Positions 8,917-18,563 of a stretch of 64,000 nt of DNA are shown in pieces. The position numbers and the translations under genes are program-made. The DNA comes from an uncultured Candidatus Rokubacteria bacterium (lineage in GTDB: Bacteria; Methylomirabilota; Methylomirabilia; Rokubacteriales; DASRDR01). Numbering within the stretch: the first letter of the stretch is position 1; each line of letters begins with the position of its first letter. The stretch spans positions 32,001 through 96,000 of the forward strand of contig CAVPSB010000030.1 in NCBI GenBank assembly GCA_963708025.1. The letters are read 5' to 3'. The notes below the pieces were generated by a model. It had not been told where the DNA came from, searched no databases, and worked only from the letters and a program-made list of their open reading frames with translations.

Positions 8917-9741
8917 CTATCCGAACCGGCCGGTGATGTACGCCTCCGTTTTCGGGTCCTTCGGCGTCGTGAAGAGCTCCTTGGTCACGCCGACCTCGAT
9001 CAGCTCGCCGAGGAGCATGAACCCGGTGAGGTCGGACACCCGCGCCGCCTGCTGCATGTTGTGGGTCACGATGACGATCGTGTAGCTGGCCTTCAGCTCG
9101 ATCATCAGCTCTTCGATCTTCGCGGTGGCGATCGGGTCCAGGGCCGAGCACGGCTCGTCCATGAGCAGGATCTCGGGCTCCACCGCCAGGGCCCGGGCGA
9201 TGCACAGCCGCTGCTGCTGCCCGCCCGACATCCCCAGCGCCGACTCGTGGAGCCGGTCGGAGACCTCGTCCCACAGCGCGGCGGCCCGGAGGCTCCGCTC
9301 GACGATGGCGTCGAGGTCGCTCCGGCTCCGGACGCCGAGGATCCGCGGGCCGAAGGCGACGTTCTCGTAGATCGACTTCGGGAACGGGTTCGACTTCTGG
9401 AAGACCATCCCGACGCGCTTGCGCAGCTCGGTGACATCCGTCGCCGGGTCGTAGATGTCGGTGCCGCCGATCCGGATCTGGCCGGCGATCCGGACCCCGT
9501 CCACCAGGTCGTTCATGCGGTTCAGACAGCGGAGCAGCGTGCTCTTCCCGCAGCCGGAGGGGCCGATGTACGCGGTGATCCGCTGCTTGGGGACCGTCAT
9601 CGAGACGTCCTTGAGGGCCAGCTTGGGGCCGTACCAGAGCGACACGTGGTCGATCTCGATCATCGGGACTTCCAGCATCGGCAGCATCGGCAGCGCCGCG
9701 CTCGGATTCAGGTCCTGGGCCATCCGGATGTCCGCCATCAT
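8917..9741 (-). CDS. pstB: Phosphate ABC transporter ATPase
   Basis: [46 protein letters not shown]. Confidence 0.96.
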   Translation of the reverse strand: MMADIRMAQDLNPSAALPMLPMLEVPMIEIDHVSLWYGPKLALKDVSMTVPKQRITAYIGPSGCGKSTLLRCLNRMNDLVDGVRIAGQIRIGGTDIYDPATDVTELRKRVGMVFQKSNPFPKSIYENVAFGPRILGVRSRSDLDAIVERSLRAAALWDEVSDRLHESALGMSGGQQQRLCIARALAVEPEILLMDEPCSALDPIATAKIEELMIELKASYTIVIVTHNMQQAARVSDLTGFMLLGELIEVGVTKELFTTPKDPKTEAYITGRFG

Positions 9742-9752
9742 TATGACCCCTT

Positions 9753-11372
9753 CTACACGGCCGACCCGACGAACTTCTTCCGGAGGCGGTTCCGGGTGGT
9801 GATCGCCGCCAGATTGAGCACCAGAACGATCATCAGCAGGAGCAGCGTGGTCATGTACACCATCGGCCGGGCGGCGTCCACGTTCGGGGACTGAAAGCCG
9901 ACGTCGTAGATGTGGAAACCCAGGTGCATGAACTTGCGATCGAGGTGCACGAACGGCCAGAAGCCGTCGACTGGCAGCGCCGGCGCCAGCTTCACGACGC
10001 CGGTGATCATCAGCGGCGCCACCTCGCCGGCGGCCCGGGCCATCGCCAGGATGAGGCCGGTGAGGATGCTGGGCATGACCGCCGGCAGCACCACCCGCCA
10101 GGTCGTCTCGAACTTGGTGGCGCCGAGGGCCAGCGAAGCCTCCCGCGTTCCGAGCGGAAGCTGGGCCAGCCCCTCCTCGGTGGCGACGATCACGACCGGC
10201 ACCGTGAGCAGCGCCAGGGTGAGCGAGGCCCAGAGGATCCCGCCGGTGCCGAAGGTGGGCGTCGGCAGCGACTCCGCGAAGAACAGCCGGTCGAGCGATC
10301 CGCCCACGAAGTAGACGAAGAAGCCGACCCCGAAGACGCCGTATACGATCGAGGGCACCCCGGCCAGGTTGTTCACGGCGATCCGCACCGCGCTCACGAA
10401 CGTCCCCTGTCGAGCGTACTCGCGCAGGTACAGCGCGGCCAGCACACCGAGGGGGGTGACCATGACGCTCATGATCATTACCATCATGACGGTGCCGAAG
10501 ATCGCCGGGAAGACACCGCCCTCGGTGTTCGACTCCCGGGGCTCGTCGGCGACGAACTCCCACACGCGCGCCAGGTACAGGCCGACCTTACCGGTCAGGC
10601 CCATGGCGTTGGGCCGGTAGACGCGGACGACCTGGGCGAGCGGGAGATCCTTCTCCTTCCCGCCCGCGGCGGCGACGACCACGCTCCCCAGGGGCTGTGC
10701 CCTCAGCGTGGCCAGCCGCGAGGCCTGCTCGGCGTACCGCGTCTGGAGCGTCGCCGCCTCCTGCCGGAGCCGGTCAACCTCGACCCCCCCGGTCACTCCC
10801 CGCAGCTCCAGCCGGCGAAGCCGGAGCCGAACGCGCTCCTGGGCGTAGTTGGTCCCCCCGATTTCGTCCTTCTCCAGGCGCCGGATCTCGCGGGCGAGCC
10901 GCACGGCTCCCGGGAGGCGGTCCTGGAGCGCGGCCCACCCGGCCTCGGGGTCCCGGGCGACCACCCGGTCGCCTTCCTTGACCGACACGATGGTACCGAA
11001 CAGCGGGCCCCACTCTCGGCGCTCCACGACCACGACTTCCGGCGGGACCTCGCGGCGCTCGATCGCGGCCTCGTCGATCCAGACGAAGTCCGCCCCGTAG
11101 AGGTCGCGGTTGCCTTGCTTGACCTGGACTCGGTACCTCGGCGACGTGCCCCGCGGGGCGCCCGGCTCGGGGATCGCCTCCCGGGCCGTCACCTGCCCCA
11201 GGACGACCTTGCCGTCGCGGAGGCCGAAGCGCACGAGGTCGGCCGGCCAGAAGAATCCGAGGCCGTTCGCGAGAACGAGCCCGACCAGGCCGGCCACCAT
11301 GATCAGGGAGCACGCCAGTGCCGCGCCCGTCAGCCAGATGAACGGCTCGCCGCTCCGCCAGAGCCGGTTCAC
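9753..11372 (-). CDS. pstA: Phosphate ABC permease PstA (long form)
   Basis: [48 protein letters not shown]. Confidence 0.95.
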   Translation of the reverse strand: MNRLWRSGEPFIWLTGAALACSLIMVAGLVGLVLANGLGFFWPADLVRFGLRDGKVVLGQVTAREAIPEPGAPRGTSPRYRVQVKQGNRDLYGADFVWIDEAAIERREVPPEVVVVERREWGPLFGTIVSVKEGDRVVARDPEAGWAALQDRLPGAVRLAREIRRLEKDEIGGTNYAQERVRLRLRRLELRGVTGGVEVDRLRQEAATLQTRYAEQASRLATLRAQPLGSVVVAAAGGKEKDLPLAQVVRVYRPNAMGLTGKVGLYLARVWEFVADEPRESNTEGGVFPAIFGTVMMVMIMSVMVTPLGVLAALYLREYARQGTFVSAVRIAVNNLAGVPSIVYGVFGVGFFVYFVGGSLDRLFFAESLPTPTFGTGGILWASLTLALLTVPVVIVATEEGLAQLPLGTREASLALGATKFETTWRVVLPAVMPSILTGLILAMARAAGEVAPLMITGVVKLAPALPVDGFWPFVHLDRKFMHLGFHIYDVGFQSPNVDAARPMVYMTTLLLLMIVLVLNLAAITTRNRLRKKFVGSAV

Positions 11373-13657
11373 AGCGAGCGGTACCGCTGGCGGAGCCGGA
11401 GCCGGACCAGCTCGGCCACGGTGTTGACGGTGAATGTCATGGCGAAGAGGAGGAGCGCAGCCAGGAAGAGCACGCGGTAGAGGGTGCCCCCTTCCGGCGC
11501 CTCCGGGATCTCGACCGCGATGTTGGCGGACAGCGCGCGGAAGCCGTTGAAGATCGACCAGTCCATGACCGGCGTGTTTCCGGTCGCCATCAGGACGATC
11601 ATCGTCTCCCCCACCGCCCGGCCGAAGCCGATCATGATCGCGGAGAAGATGCCGGGGCTGGCCGTCGGCAACACCACCCGGAGGGCGGTCTGCCAGCGAG
11701 TGGCGCCCAGCGCGAGCGAGCCGGCGGTCAGGTGGCGCGGCACGTTGGACAGCGAATCCTCCGCGATGGTGAAGATGATGGGGATCACCGCGAAGCCCAT
11801 GGCGAAGCCCACCACCAGCGAGTTCCGCTGATCGTAGGTGAGCCCGAGCGTCTGCAGCAGCCAGCCGCGATAGTTGCCGTCTAGCAGGACCCGCTCGAGG
11901 ACCCCGCCGAGCGCGAGGGCCAGCCCGGCGCCGACGAGCACGACGGGGACGAGGAGAAAGACCTCCGTCCCCGCCCGCACCCGGCCTCGCAGCCGCAGCG
12001 GGGCCAAGCGCCAGCCAAGCAGGGTGATCAGCACGAGGGCCGAGACGACCCATGGCATGAGGAACAGGCCCGGCACGTGTCGCTCCACCATCGGCGCCAG
12101 CCACAGCCCCGCGATGAAGCCCAGGACGACGCTCGGCAGGGCTGCCATGATCTCCACCGTCGGCTTGACGTACCCCTTGATCGTCGGGTGCATGAACTGG
12201 GAGGCGTAGAGCGCGCTCAGGAGCGCCACCGGGATGGCGAAGAGGAGCGCGTAGAAGGTCCCCTTCAGCGTCCCGTAGACGAGCGGCGTCAGGCTGAGCT
12301 TCGGCTCGAAGTCGTCGGTGCCCCCGGTGGATTGCCACACGTAGTCGGGCTGCCCGTAGCCCTCGTACCACACCTTGCCGAAGAGGCTCCGCCAGGTCAC
12401 CTCGGGATGGGGGTTGACGAGCGCCCAGTGCGACAGGCGCCCCGCGGCGTCGAGCCCGAGGATCGCGTCCGCCTTCGGCGCGAAGGCCACCGCCCGCGGG
12501 TTCCCGGCCGGGGTCCCGACGGTGAGCAGGGTCGCGCCCGTCGTCCCGTACCGCACGCGAGCCGTCCGGTCGGTGCCGATGGTTACGAAGCCCTTGTCCC
12601 GGCGAGACGCGGCGAACGCGACGACCGCGCCGTCGTGCGGCGCGAACTCGTGGATCCGCTCGAGACGCCGCTGCTGCCCGGCGCCCGGGAGGACCTGCCA
12701 GGAGGTCACGCCCCCGGCGGCGTCACCGACGATCAGCGTCCGGTCTCCGATCAGGAATCCCAGCACCGTGAGCGGGGCGCCGGGCCGCCGCGCCACCGTC
12801 ACGGTCTCGGCGATCCGGGCGCCGCCGGCCTCGCGCAGATCCACCCGGACGAGCTGGCCGCCGGTCGTCCCGGCGAACAGGTCTTCGCCCCGTCCATCGA
12901 CCAGGAGTCCGGCGATCTCCCCCTGGATCGGGAGCATCAGCGTCTCCCGCGCCTCCTCCTTCGTGGACGGCCCGACCAGCGCCTTCCGCTCCCGCACGCG
13001 AACCAGCGCCAGCTCAGCCCCGCCGACGGCGGCGACCGTGAGTGGCCCGTTCGGCGTGACGGCGTAGGCGACCTGGCGGACGGTCCGGCGCGCCGGATCC
13101 ACCACGATCGGATCGCCGGACGCCACCTCGGCCTCCACCCGGCGGTGCCCGTCGGGAAATGTGACGTCGAACTTCACCTCGACCGGGAGCACGCGACCGT
13201 CGGCCAGGCCAAGGGCCAGAGACGCACGGTCGGTCGCGGAGATCGAGACGACCCGCGCGTCGCCGAGAGCGCCCGGCACCCGGGCCGGCAGGGGGACGCC
13301 GTCGACTACCCGGAAGAGCCGGACGCCGCCGGCCGTCACCGCGAACCCGACCTCGCGGTACTCGTCAACCTGGAGCCCGAGCGGTGACTGCCCGCCCGGC
13401 ACCGTGATCGGCCCGCCGACGGCGGCGACCAGGGTGGCCGTCGGCGGCCTGAAGAGCGGGTACACCTCGGCGGCGATCACGACAAGGATCGCGAGGATCG
13501 ATACGATGATGGCCGCGCCGCCCAGCGTCACCACGCCGCGGGCGAGGCGGTCCACCAGGAGCCGGCGGCTCACGCGCGCGCGCGGAAGCGGCAGCGGGCG
13601 GGCCGGAACGACCGGCCCGCCCGCTCTCAGGGTCTCGACATTCGCGCCTACTGGCAC
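11369..13657 (-). CDS. pstC: Phosphate ABC permease PstC with large beta-propeller-like periplasmic insert
   Basis: KVWYEGY, WQSTGGTDDFEPK, GRAVGETMIVLMATGN, LSANIAVE. Confidence 0.93.
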   Translation of the reverse strand: MPVGANVETLRAGGPVVPARPLPLPRARVSRRLLVDRLARGVVTLGGAAIIVSILAILVVIAAEVYPLFRPPTATLVAAVGGPITVPGGQSPLGLQVDEYREVGFAVTAGGVRLFRVVDGVPLPARVPGALGDARVVSISATDRASLALGLADGRVLPVEVKFDVTFPDGHRRVEAEVASGDPIVVDPARRTVRQVAYAVTPNGPLTVAAVGGAELALVRVRERKALVGPSTKEEARETLMLPIQGEIAGLLVDGRGEDLFAGTTGGQLVRVDLREAGGARIAETVTVARRPGAPLTVLGFLIGDRTLIVGDAAGGVTSWQVLPGAGQQRRLERIHEFAPHDGAVVAFAASRRDKGFVTIGTDRTARVRYGTTGATLLTVGTPAGNPRAVAFAPKADAILGLDAAGRLSHWALVNPHPEVTWRSLFGKVWYEGYGQPDYVWQSTGGTDDFEPKLSLTPLVYGTLKGTFYALLFAIPVALLSALYASQFMHPTIKGYVKPTVEIMAALPSVVLGFIAGLWLAPMVERHVPGLFLMPWVVSALVLITLLGWRLAPLRLRGRVRAGTEVFLLVPVVLVGAGLALALGGVLERVLLDGNYRGWLLQTLGLTYDQRNSLVVGFAMGFAVIPIIFTIAEDSLSNVPRHLTAGSLALGATRWQTALRVVLPTASPGIFSAIMIGFGRAVGETMIVLMATGNTPVMDWSIFNGFRALSANIAVEIPEAPEGGTLYRVLFLAALLLFAMTFTVNTVAELVRLRLRQRYRSL

Positions 13658-13659
13658 GC

Positions 13660-14628
13660 CTACTGGACCTTACCCAACTCTTCCTTGGCGATCGTCGCCG
13701 GGATCGGGAAGTAGCCGTCCTTCACCACGACCTCCTGGCCCTCCCGGGACATCACCAGCTTCACGAACTCCCGGGTCAGCGGCTCGAGCGGCTTGCCGGG
13801 GGCCCGGTTGACGTAGACGAAGAGGAACCGGGCCAGCGGGTACCGGGCGGCGTAGGCCTCGTCCGCGCTGGCCTCGTGGCAGCCGTCGCCTTCCTTTTCT
13901 GCAAGCGGGATCGCCCGCACCCCGGACGTGGCGTAGCCGATCCCGCTGTACCCGGCGGCGTACCGGTCCACGGTCACGCCCTGGACGACCGCCGCCGACC
14001 CCGGCTGCTCCTTGACCTCGTCCTTGTAGTCGCCGTTCTTCAGCGTGTGCTCCTTGAAGAAGCCGTAGGTGCCCGAGGCCGAGTTGCGGCCGTAGAGGCT
14101 GATCGGGCGGTTGGCCCAGTCCCCGGTCAGACCGAGCTGCCCCCAGGTCTTGATGTCCTCCTTGTAGCCGGCGCGGCGGGACTTCGAGAAGACCGCGTCC
14201 ACCTGGGCCATCGTCAGGCACTTGACCGGGTTGTCCTTGTTGACGAACAACGCCAGCGCGTCGACCGCCGTCCGGATCGGCGTCGGCTTGTAGCCGTACT
14301 TCTTCTCGAACTGATCGATCTCGGTCCCCTTCATGGTCCGGGACATCGGGCCGAGCTGGGCGGTGCCGGCGATCAGCGCCGGCGGGGCTGTCGAGGAGCC
14401 CTTGCCCTCGATCTGCACCTTGACGTTGGGATAGAACCGCTGGAACGTCTCGCTCCAGAGCGTCATGACGTTGTTCAGCGTGTCGGAGCCGACGCTCGAC
14501 AGGTTCCCCGAGATGCCACTGACCGCCTTGTAGGACGGCAGCGCCGGGTCGACCGGCACCTGGGCGGCGGCGTGGCCAGTGAGCAGCGTGACGGCGGCCA
14601 GCACCGCCGCGATCGTGAGACGGGTCAT
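13660..14628 (-). CDS. pstS: Phosphate-binding protein PstS
   Basis: Signal peptide, GSDTL, GKGSSTA, GRNSASGTYGFF, YPLAR. Confidence 0.95.
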   Translation of the reverse strand: MTRLTIAAVLAAVTLLTGHAAAQVPVDPALPSYKAVSGISGNLSSVGSDTLNNVMTLWSETFQRFYPNVKVQIEGKGSSTAPPALIAGTAQLGPMSRTMKGTEIDQFEKKYGYKPTPIRTAVDALALFVNKDNPVKCLTMAQVDAVFSKSRRAGYKEDIKTWGQLGLTGDWANRPISLYGRNSASGTYGFFKEHTLKNGDYKDEVKEQPGSAAVVQGVTVDRYAAGYSGIGYATSGVRAIPLAEKEGDGCHEASADEAYAARYPLARFLFVYVNRAPGKPLEPLTREFVKLVMSREGQEVVVKDGYFPIPATIAKEELGKVQ

Positions 14629-14656
14629 GGACTGTTCCTCCTCGGGTCAGGCGTTG

Positions 14657-15424
14657 TCATCGTCCGGGCTCGCGGAAGCGGTATCCAACCCCGCGCACGG
14701 TCTCGACATCGGGCGGAGGCAGCTTCACGCTCAGGAACTTCCCGCGCAGCCGGGCTAGGTGGACGTCGATGGTGCGGGGCTCCACGAAGCCGTCCCGCCC
14801 CCACACCCGATCGAGCAGCTCCTCCCGCCCGAAAACCCGCCCCGGCTCCGCCGCCAGGGTGGCGAGCAGAGCGAACTCCTTGGGGGTGAGCGGCACCGGC
14901 CGGCCCTTCAGCGTGACCTCGAACCGGCGCCGATCGATCGCGAGGTCGCCCACCTGCAGGTGGGCCGTCTTCTCCCCGGGGTCCGCGCCGGCGCTCCGCC
15001 GGATCACCGCCCGGATCCGGGCGACCAGCTCGCGGACCGCGAACGGCTTGGTGACGTAGTCGTCGGCGCCCATCTCGAAGCCCAGCACCTTGTCCCCCTC
15101 CTCCACCCGTGCCGTCACGATGATCACGGGGATGGCGCGGGTCGCCGGGTCCTGCTTGAGCCGGCGGCAGACCTCCCAGCCGTTGAGCTGGGGGATCATG
15201 AGGTCGAGGAGAATCAGGTCGGGGGCACCGTCGTGCGCCTGCCGGAGGGCCTCGGCGCCGTTGGCCGCCTGGAGGACCTCGTAGCCTTCTTTGATGAGAT
15301 TGTACCGGATCAGCACCGCGACGTCGGGCTCGTCCTCCACCACGAGGATCCGGCCCGCCTGCCGCCGGGCCGTGACGGCGCCGCTACCACCGTTCGTCCG
15401 GCTCGCCTCCCCCAGGCTCTGCAT
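14657..15424 (-). CDS. phoB: PhoB/OmpR-family response regulator
   Basis: REC (VVEDE, LLDLMIP, DYVTKPF) plus wHTH (LTPKEF, RTIDVH, TVRGVGY); directly upstream of pstS. Confidence 0.85.
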   Translation of the reverse strand: MQSLGEASRTNGGSGAVTARRQAGRILVVEDEPDVAVLIRYNLIKEGYEVLQAANGAEALRQAHDGAPDLILLDLMIPQLNGWEVCRRLKQDPATRAIPVIIVTARVEEGDKVLGFEMGADDYVTKPFAVRELVARIRAVIRRSAGADPGEKTAHLQVGDLAIDRRRFEVTLKGRPVPLTPKEFALLATLAAEPGRVFGREELLDRVWGRDGFVEPRTIDVHLARLRGKFLSVKLPPPDVETVRGVGYRFREPGR

Positions 15425-15434
15425 CACCGGGGGT

Positions 15435-15488
15435 AGTGTCGCCCGGCGGGGTTACGGACGCTTGACCGTCAAGTAAATTGTGAGTGAC
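15435..15488 (-). promoter_or_regulatory. Pho-box array and -10 for phoB-pstSCAB-phoU
   Basis: Minus strand GTCAC-N6-TTTAC-N6-GTCAA-N6-GTAAC-N10-GACACT. Confidence 0.8.
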
Positions 15489-15636
15489 GGCGGAGCGGGG
15501 GCAGGACGGACGGGGCGAGCCTACGCAGAGAGGTCTCGGCAGGATCGGCGGCTGAGGAACTCCGCTTCGAGCGGACACCCACGCGGAGACGCTTCGTGCC
15601 TCTGGCGTGAGTACCCGGCCGCCGCAACCCTCTCCT

Positions 15637-15690
15637 GGGGAGGTTCCGGAGGGGCTCCTTGACGATCAGTGGGCCCCCCTCCGGTGGCCT
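15637..15690. repeat. Intergenic hairpin/REP-like element
   Basis: ccggaggggctcc...gggcccccctccgg inverted repeat just after the transglutaminase stop. Confidence 0.45.
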
Positions 15691-16784
15691 CAGACGCCCA
15701 GCTCCCGCGAGGTCATCTTGTAGCGGAACTTGTCCGGGTCGAGACTGTCGAGGCGGGCCCCGGCGGTCTCGGCCTGCGGGTACATCAGGAACGCGACCGG
15801 ACCGTGCGCCGATTGGGGCAGCTTCAGGTCGTGAGCGTAGTTGTAGGCGAGCCAGTTCATCTCCCAGGCGCCGAAGAGCTTGCCACGGGCTTGCTTCACC
15901 AGGGGGTCGCTCAGCGGGATCCCGCCCCGCTCCTCGAGCACGAGCTTGCGGACGTCGGCCGGGTCGACCGGGATCCAACCCTGTCCGGTGAGGTAGAACT
16001 CGGCGCGGCAGTGCTGCGCCCTGGTGATGTCGCCGCTCCGGCCGAGGCTCTTGTAGTCGGCGGAATCGGCGACCCGCACGCCGTAGACGTCCCGGGCGGG
16101 GATGCCGACGGCACGCGCCAGGCCCACGAACAGCGCGTTGAGATCGGCGCACTTGCCGCCCAGGTTGCCGGTCTCGAGCATGCCGCGGATGTCGCCGATC
16201 CCGCAGCCCCGCACCTTGGGATCGCGGAAGGTGTTCTCGACGATCCACTCGTAGATGGCGTGCGCCTTGTCGAGGTCGGTCTTGCTCCCCTTGGTGATCT
16301 CCCGGGCCGTCTTCTCCACGATGCCGTCGGTCCGGATCAGCTCCGTGGACTCGAGGTACCGGGCCAGGGCGGCCTTGTCCTCCCGGACCCCGGCGCCGGG
16401 GCCCCGGGGATCGACGGCGCGGTCGCGGGTGGCGAAGCGGGTGGTCAGCTCCACGACCGGCGCCGCCTCGCCCTCGGCCCACTCGGCGAAGAAGATGCCG
16501 GCGCCATACTTGGGGTCCTGGACGACGCGGGCCGCCTTCGGGTTGCCGGTCCAGCTCTGACCGAGACCCTTCTGGTAGTCCGTGTCGGTCGTGAGCGGCA
16601 GGGGCAGCCACGCCCGCGTGACCCCGGCGGGGCCCGCCACCTCGACACGGGTCGTGATCTCGAAGGTGCGCCACCGCTCTCCAGCCTTCGGCTCGCCCGC
16701 GGCGCGGACCCAGCGCGGCGCGGCGCCGAGCGCGGCGGCAGCGGGGAGGGCAGCCGTCAGCCTGATGAACGTCCGTCGGTCCAT
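15690..16784 (-). CDS. Tat-exported transglutaminase-like protein
   Basis: MDRRTFI Tat motif; GKCADLN (Cys), AQHCRAEF (His), WIPVDP (Asp). Confidence 0.9.
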   Translation of the reverse strand: MDRRTFIRLTAALPAAAALGAAPRWVRAAGEPKAGERWRTFEITTRVEVAGPAGVTRAWLPLPLTTDTDYQKGLGQSWTGNPKAARVVQDPKYGAGIFFAEWAEGEAAPVVELTTRFATRDRAVDPRGPGAGVREDKAALARYLESTELIRTDGIVEKTAREITKGSKTDLDKAHAIYEWIVENTFRDPKVRGCGIGDIRGMLETGNLGGKCADLNALFVGLARAVGIPARDVYGVRVADSADYKSLGRSGDITRAQHCRAEFYLTGQGWIPVDPADVRKLVLEERGGIPLSDPLVKQARGKLFGAWEMNWLAYNYAHDLKLPQSAHGPVAFLMYPQAETAGARLDSLDPDKFRYKMTSRELGV

Positions 16785-17009
16785 TCCGGTCTCCTTGTCT
16801 GCTGGCGTGGCGGGTCCGAAACCCGATACGGCTCCGTGGTCGATCCCCTCATGCTGGGCACAAGCACGACCCTAGTCAAATCGGAAATTCCCGTGAGATC
16901 AGCGATTCTGCATTGGGCCGGGCGATGAACCCGCCTCCGGCTCGCCACCGGCTCGCCGCCCTCTTGACGGCGGACGGGTCCCGGCCCCACCCTGAGCCAA
17001 GTCCCACGC

Positions 17010-17507
17010 ATGCGCCTCCTCATCATCCGCCACGCCATCGCGGTACCCCGGGGGACGCCCGGTATTCCGGACGACGAGCGCCCCCTCACCGCCCGGGGCC
17101 GCCGGCGCTTCCGGAGGGCGGCGCGCGGCCTGGCGCGGATCGTCGACCGCCCCGATGTGCTCCTCACAAGCCCGCTGATCCGTGCCCTGGCGACGGCCGA
17201 GATCGCGGCCCGGGCGTGGGGCCGGATCAAGCCGACGGTCGAGCCGGCGCTGGCGCACGGCAACCCCGCGCGGGTGCTGGCCGCCCTCGCCGCCGGGCCG
17301 GCCGACGCGACCATCGCGGTGGTCGGCCACGAACCGTATCTCTCGGGGCTCCTGTCGACGCTCCTGGGGGGCGCCGAGGCCGACCGCCTCACCTTCCGCA
17401 AGGGCGGCGCGGCGCTGTTGGAGCTGGCCAGCCCACCGGCGGAGGGTGGGCGGCTCCTGTGGTTCCTGCCCCCGAAGCTCCTCCGGCGGCTGGCCCGCCG
17501 GGGATGA
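17010..17507 (+). CDS. sixA: SixA-like phosphohistidine phosphatase
   Basis: IIRHAIA, RPLT, TSPLIRALATA, VGHEP. Confidence 0.9.
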   Translation: MRLLIIRHAIAVPRGTPGIPDDERPLTARGRRRFRRAARGLARIVDRPDVLLTSPLIRALATAEIAARAWGRIKPTVEPALAHGNPARVLAALAAGPADATIAVVGHEPYLSGLLSTLLGGAEADRLTFRKGGAALLELASPPAEGGRLLWFLPPKLLRRLARRG

Positions 17508-17581
17508 CGTGACAGGACCGTGTCGAGCAGGCGACAATCGCATGAAGGTGCACATCCCGGTGGATAGGGGTGGATATCTCC

Positions 17582-17627
17582 GTAACGGATGGGTAATTTG
17601 ACCCGTAAAGCCTCGGCCAGGCATACT
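17582..17627 (+). promoter_or_regulatory. Possible Pho box and -10 for ppx-ppk1
   Basis: GTAAC (17582), GTAAT (17593), GTAAA (17605), CATACT (17622); spacing imperfect. Confidence 0.5.
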
Positions 17628-17633
17628 CGACGC

Positions 17634-18563
17634 GTGTCCGAGCTGGTCGCCCTGCTGGAGCTCGGCTCGAACGCCACCCGCTGCCTGCTCGCCCGGATCA
17701 CCCCGGGCGTGGGCTTCCGTGTCCTCGCCGAGGAACGGGTGCAGACACGGCTCGGCGACGGTCCACCCGGCGCGCTCTCCCGGGAATCGGTGGACGCGAC
17801 GGCGGACACGGTCCATCGGTTCCTGAGCCGGGTCCGGAACGGGAACGACGAGCCACCCCGCGTCATCGGCGTGGCGACGTCCGCCGTCCGCGACGCGGAG
17901 AACCGCGACCGCCTCCTGGCGCGGCTCCGGCGGCGCGAGGGCGTGGACGTCCAGGTGCTGAGCCCGGGCCAGGAGGCCCGGCTCGGCGTGCTGGCCGCCC
18001 GCTGGAGCCTCACGTTCCGGAGCGGCCTCATCGCGGACCTCGGCGGATCGAGTCTCCAGCTCACGCGGCTCCGCCGCGGGGAGGTCGTGTCCACCGCGAG
18101 CCTGCCGCTCGGGTCGGTGCGGGCCACCCGCCGGTTCTTTCACCACGATCCGCCGAAGCCCAAGGAGCTGCGGGCGTTCCGGCGAGCGGTCGGCGAGGCC
18201 CTCCTCGACGCCCTCCCGCCCACCCGGCGCGGCGAGAGCGTCGTGGGACTCGGCGGCACCGTGCGCACGCTGGCCCGGATGCACCTGCGGGCTCACGGGA
18301 TCCGCCGGGCTTCGCGCCAGGGCCTGCGCCTCCGGCAGTCCGACGTGACCGAGATCCGCGAGCGGCTGGAGCCGCTGCCGGCGCGGCGGCGGCGACGGCT
18401 CCGGGGGCTCAAGGCCGAGCGGGCGGACGTGATCCTGGCCGGAGCCATCGTGATCGAGGAGCTGATGCGGCTGGGCGGTTACCTGACGATGATCGTGTGC
18501 ACGCACGGCGTGCGCGACGGACTGCTCCTGCGGGAGGCGTTCGACGGGGAGGGGGAGCAATGA
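17634..18563 (+). CDS. ppx: Ppx/GppA exopolyphosphatase (short form)
   Basis: ELGSNATR, VATSAVRDAEN, QEARLG, DLGGSS, GLGGT, RADVILAG, GVRDG. Confidence 0.9.
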   Translation: MSELVALLELGSNATRCLLARITPGVGFRVLAEERVQTRLGDGPPGALSRESVDATADTVHRFLSRVRNGNDEPPRVIGVATSAVRDAENRDRLLARLRRREGVDVQVLSPGQEARLGVLAARWSLTFRSGLIADLGGSSLQLTRLRRGEVVSTASLPLGSVRATRRFFHHDPPKPKELRAFRRAVGEALLDALPPTRRGESVVGLGGTVRTLARMHLRAHGIRRASRQGLRLRQSDVTEIRERLEPLPARRRRRLRGLKAERADVILAGAIVIEELMRLGGYLTMIVCTHGVRDGLLLREAFDGEGEQ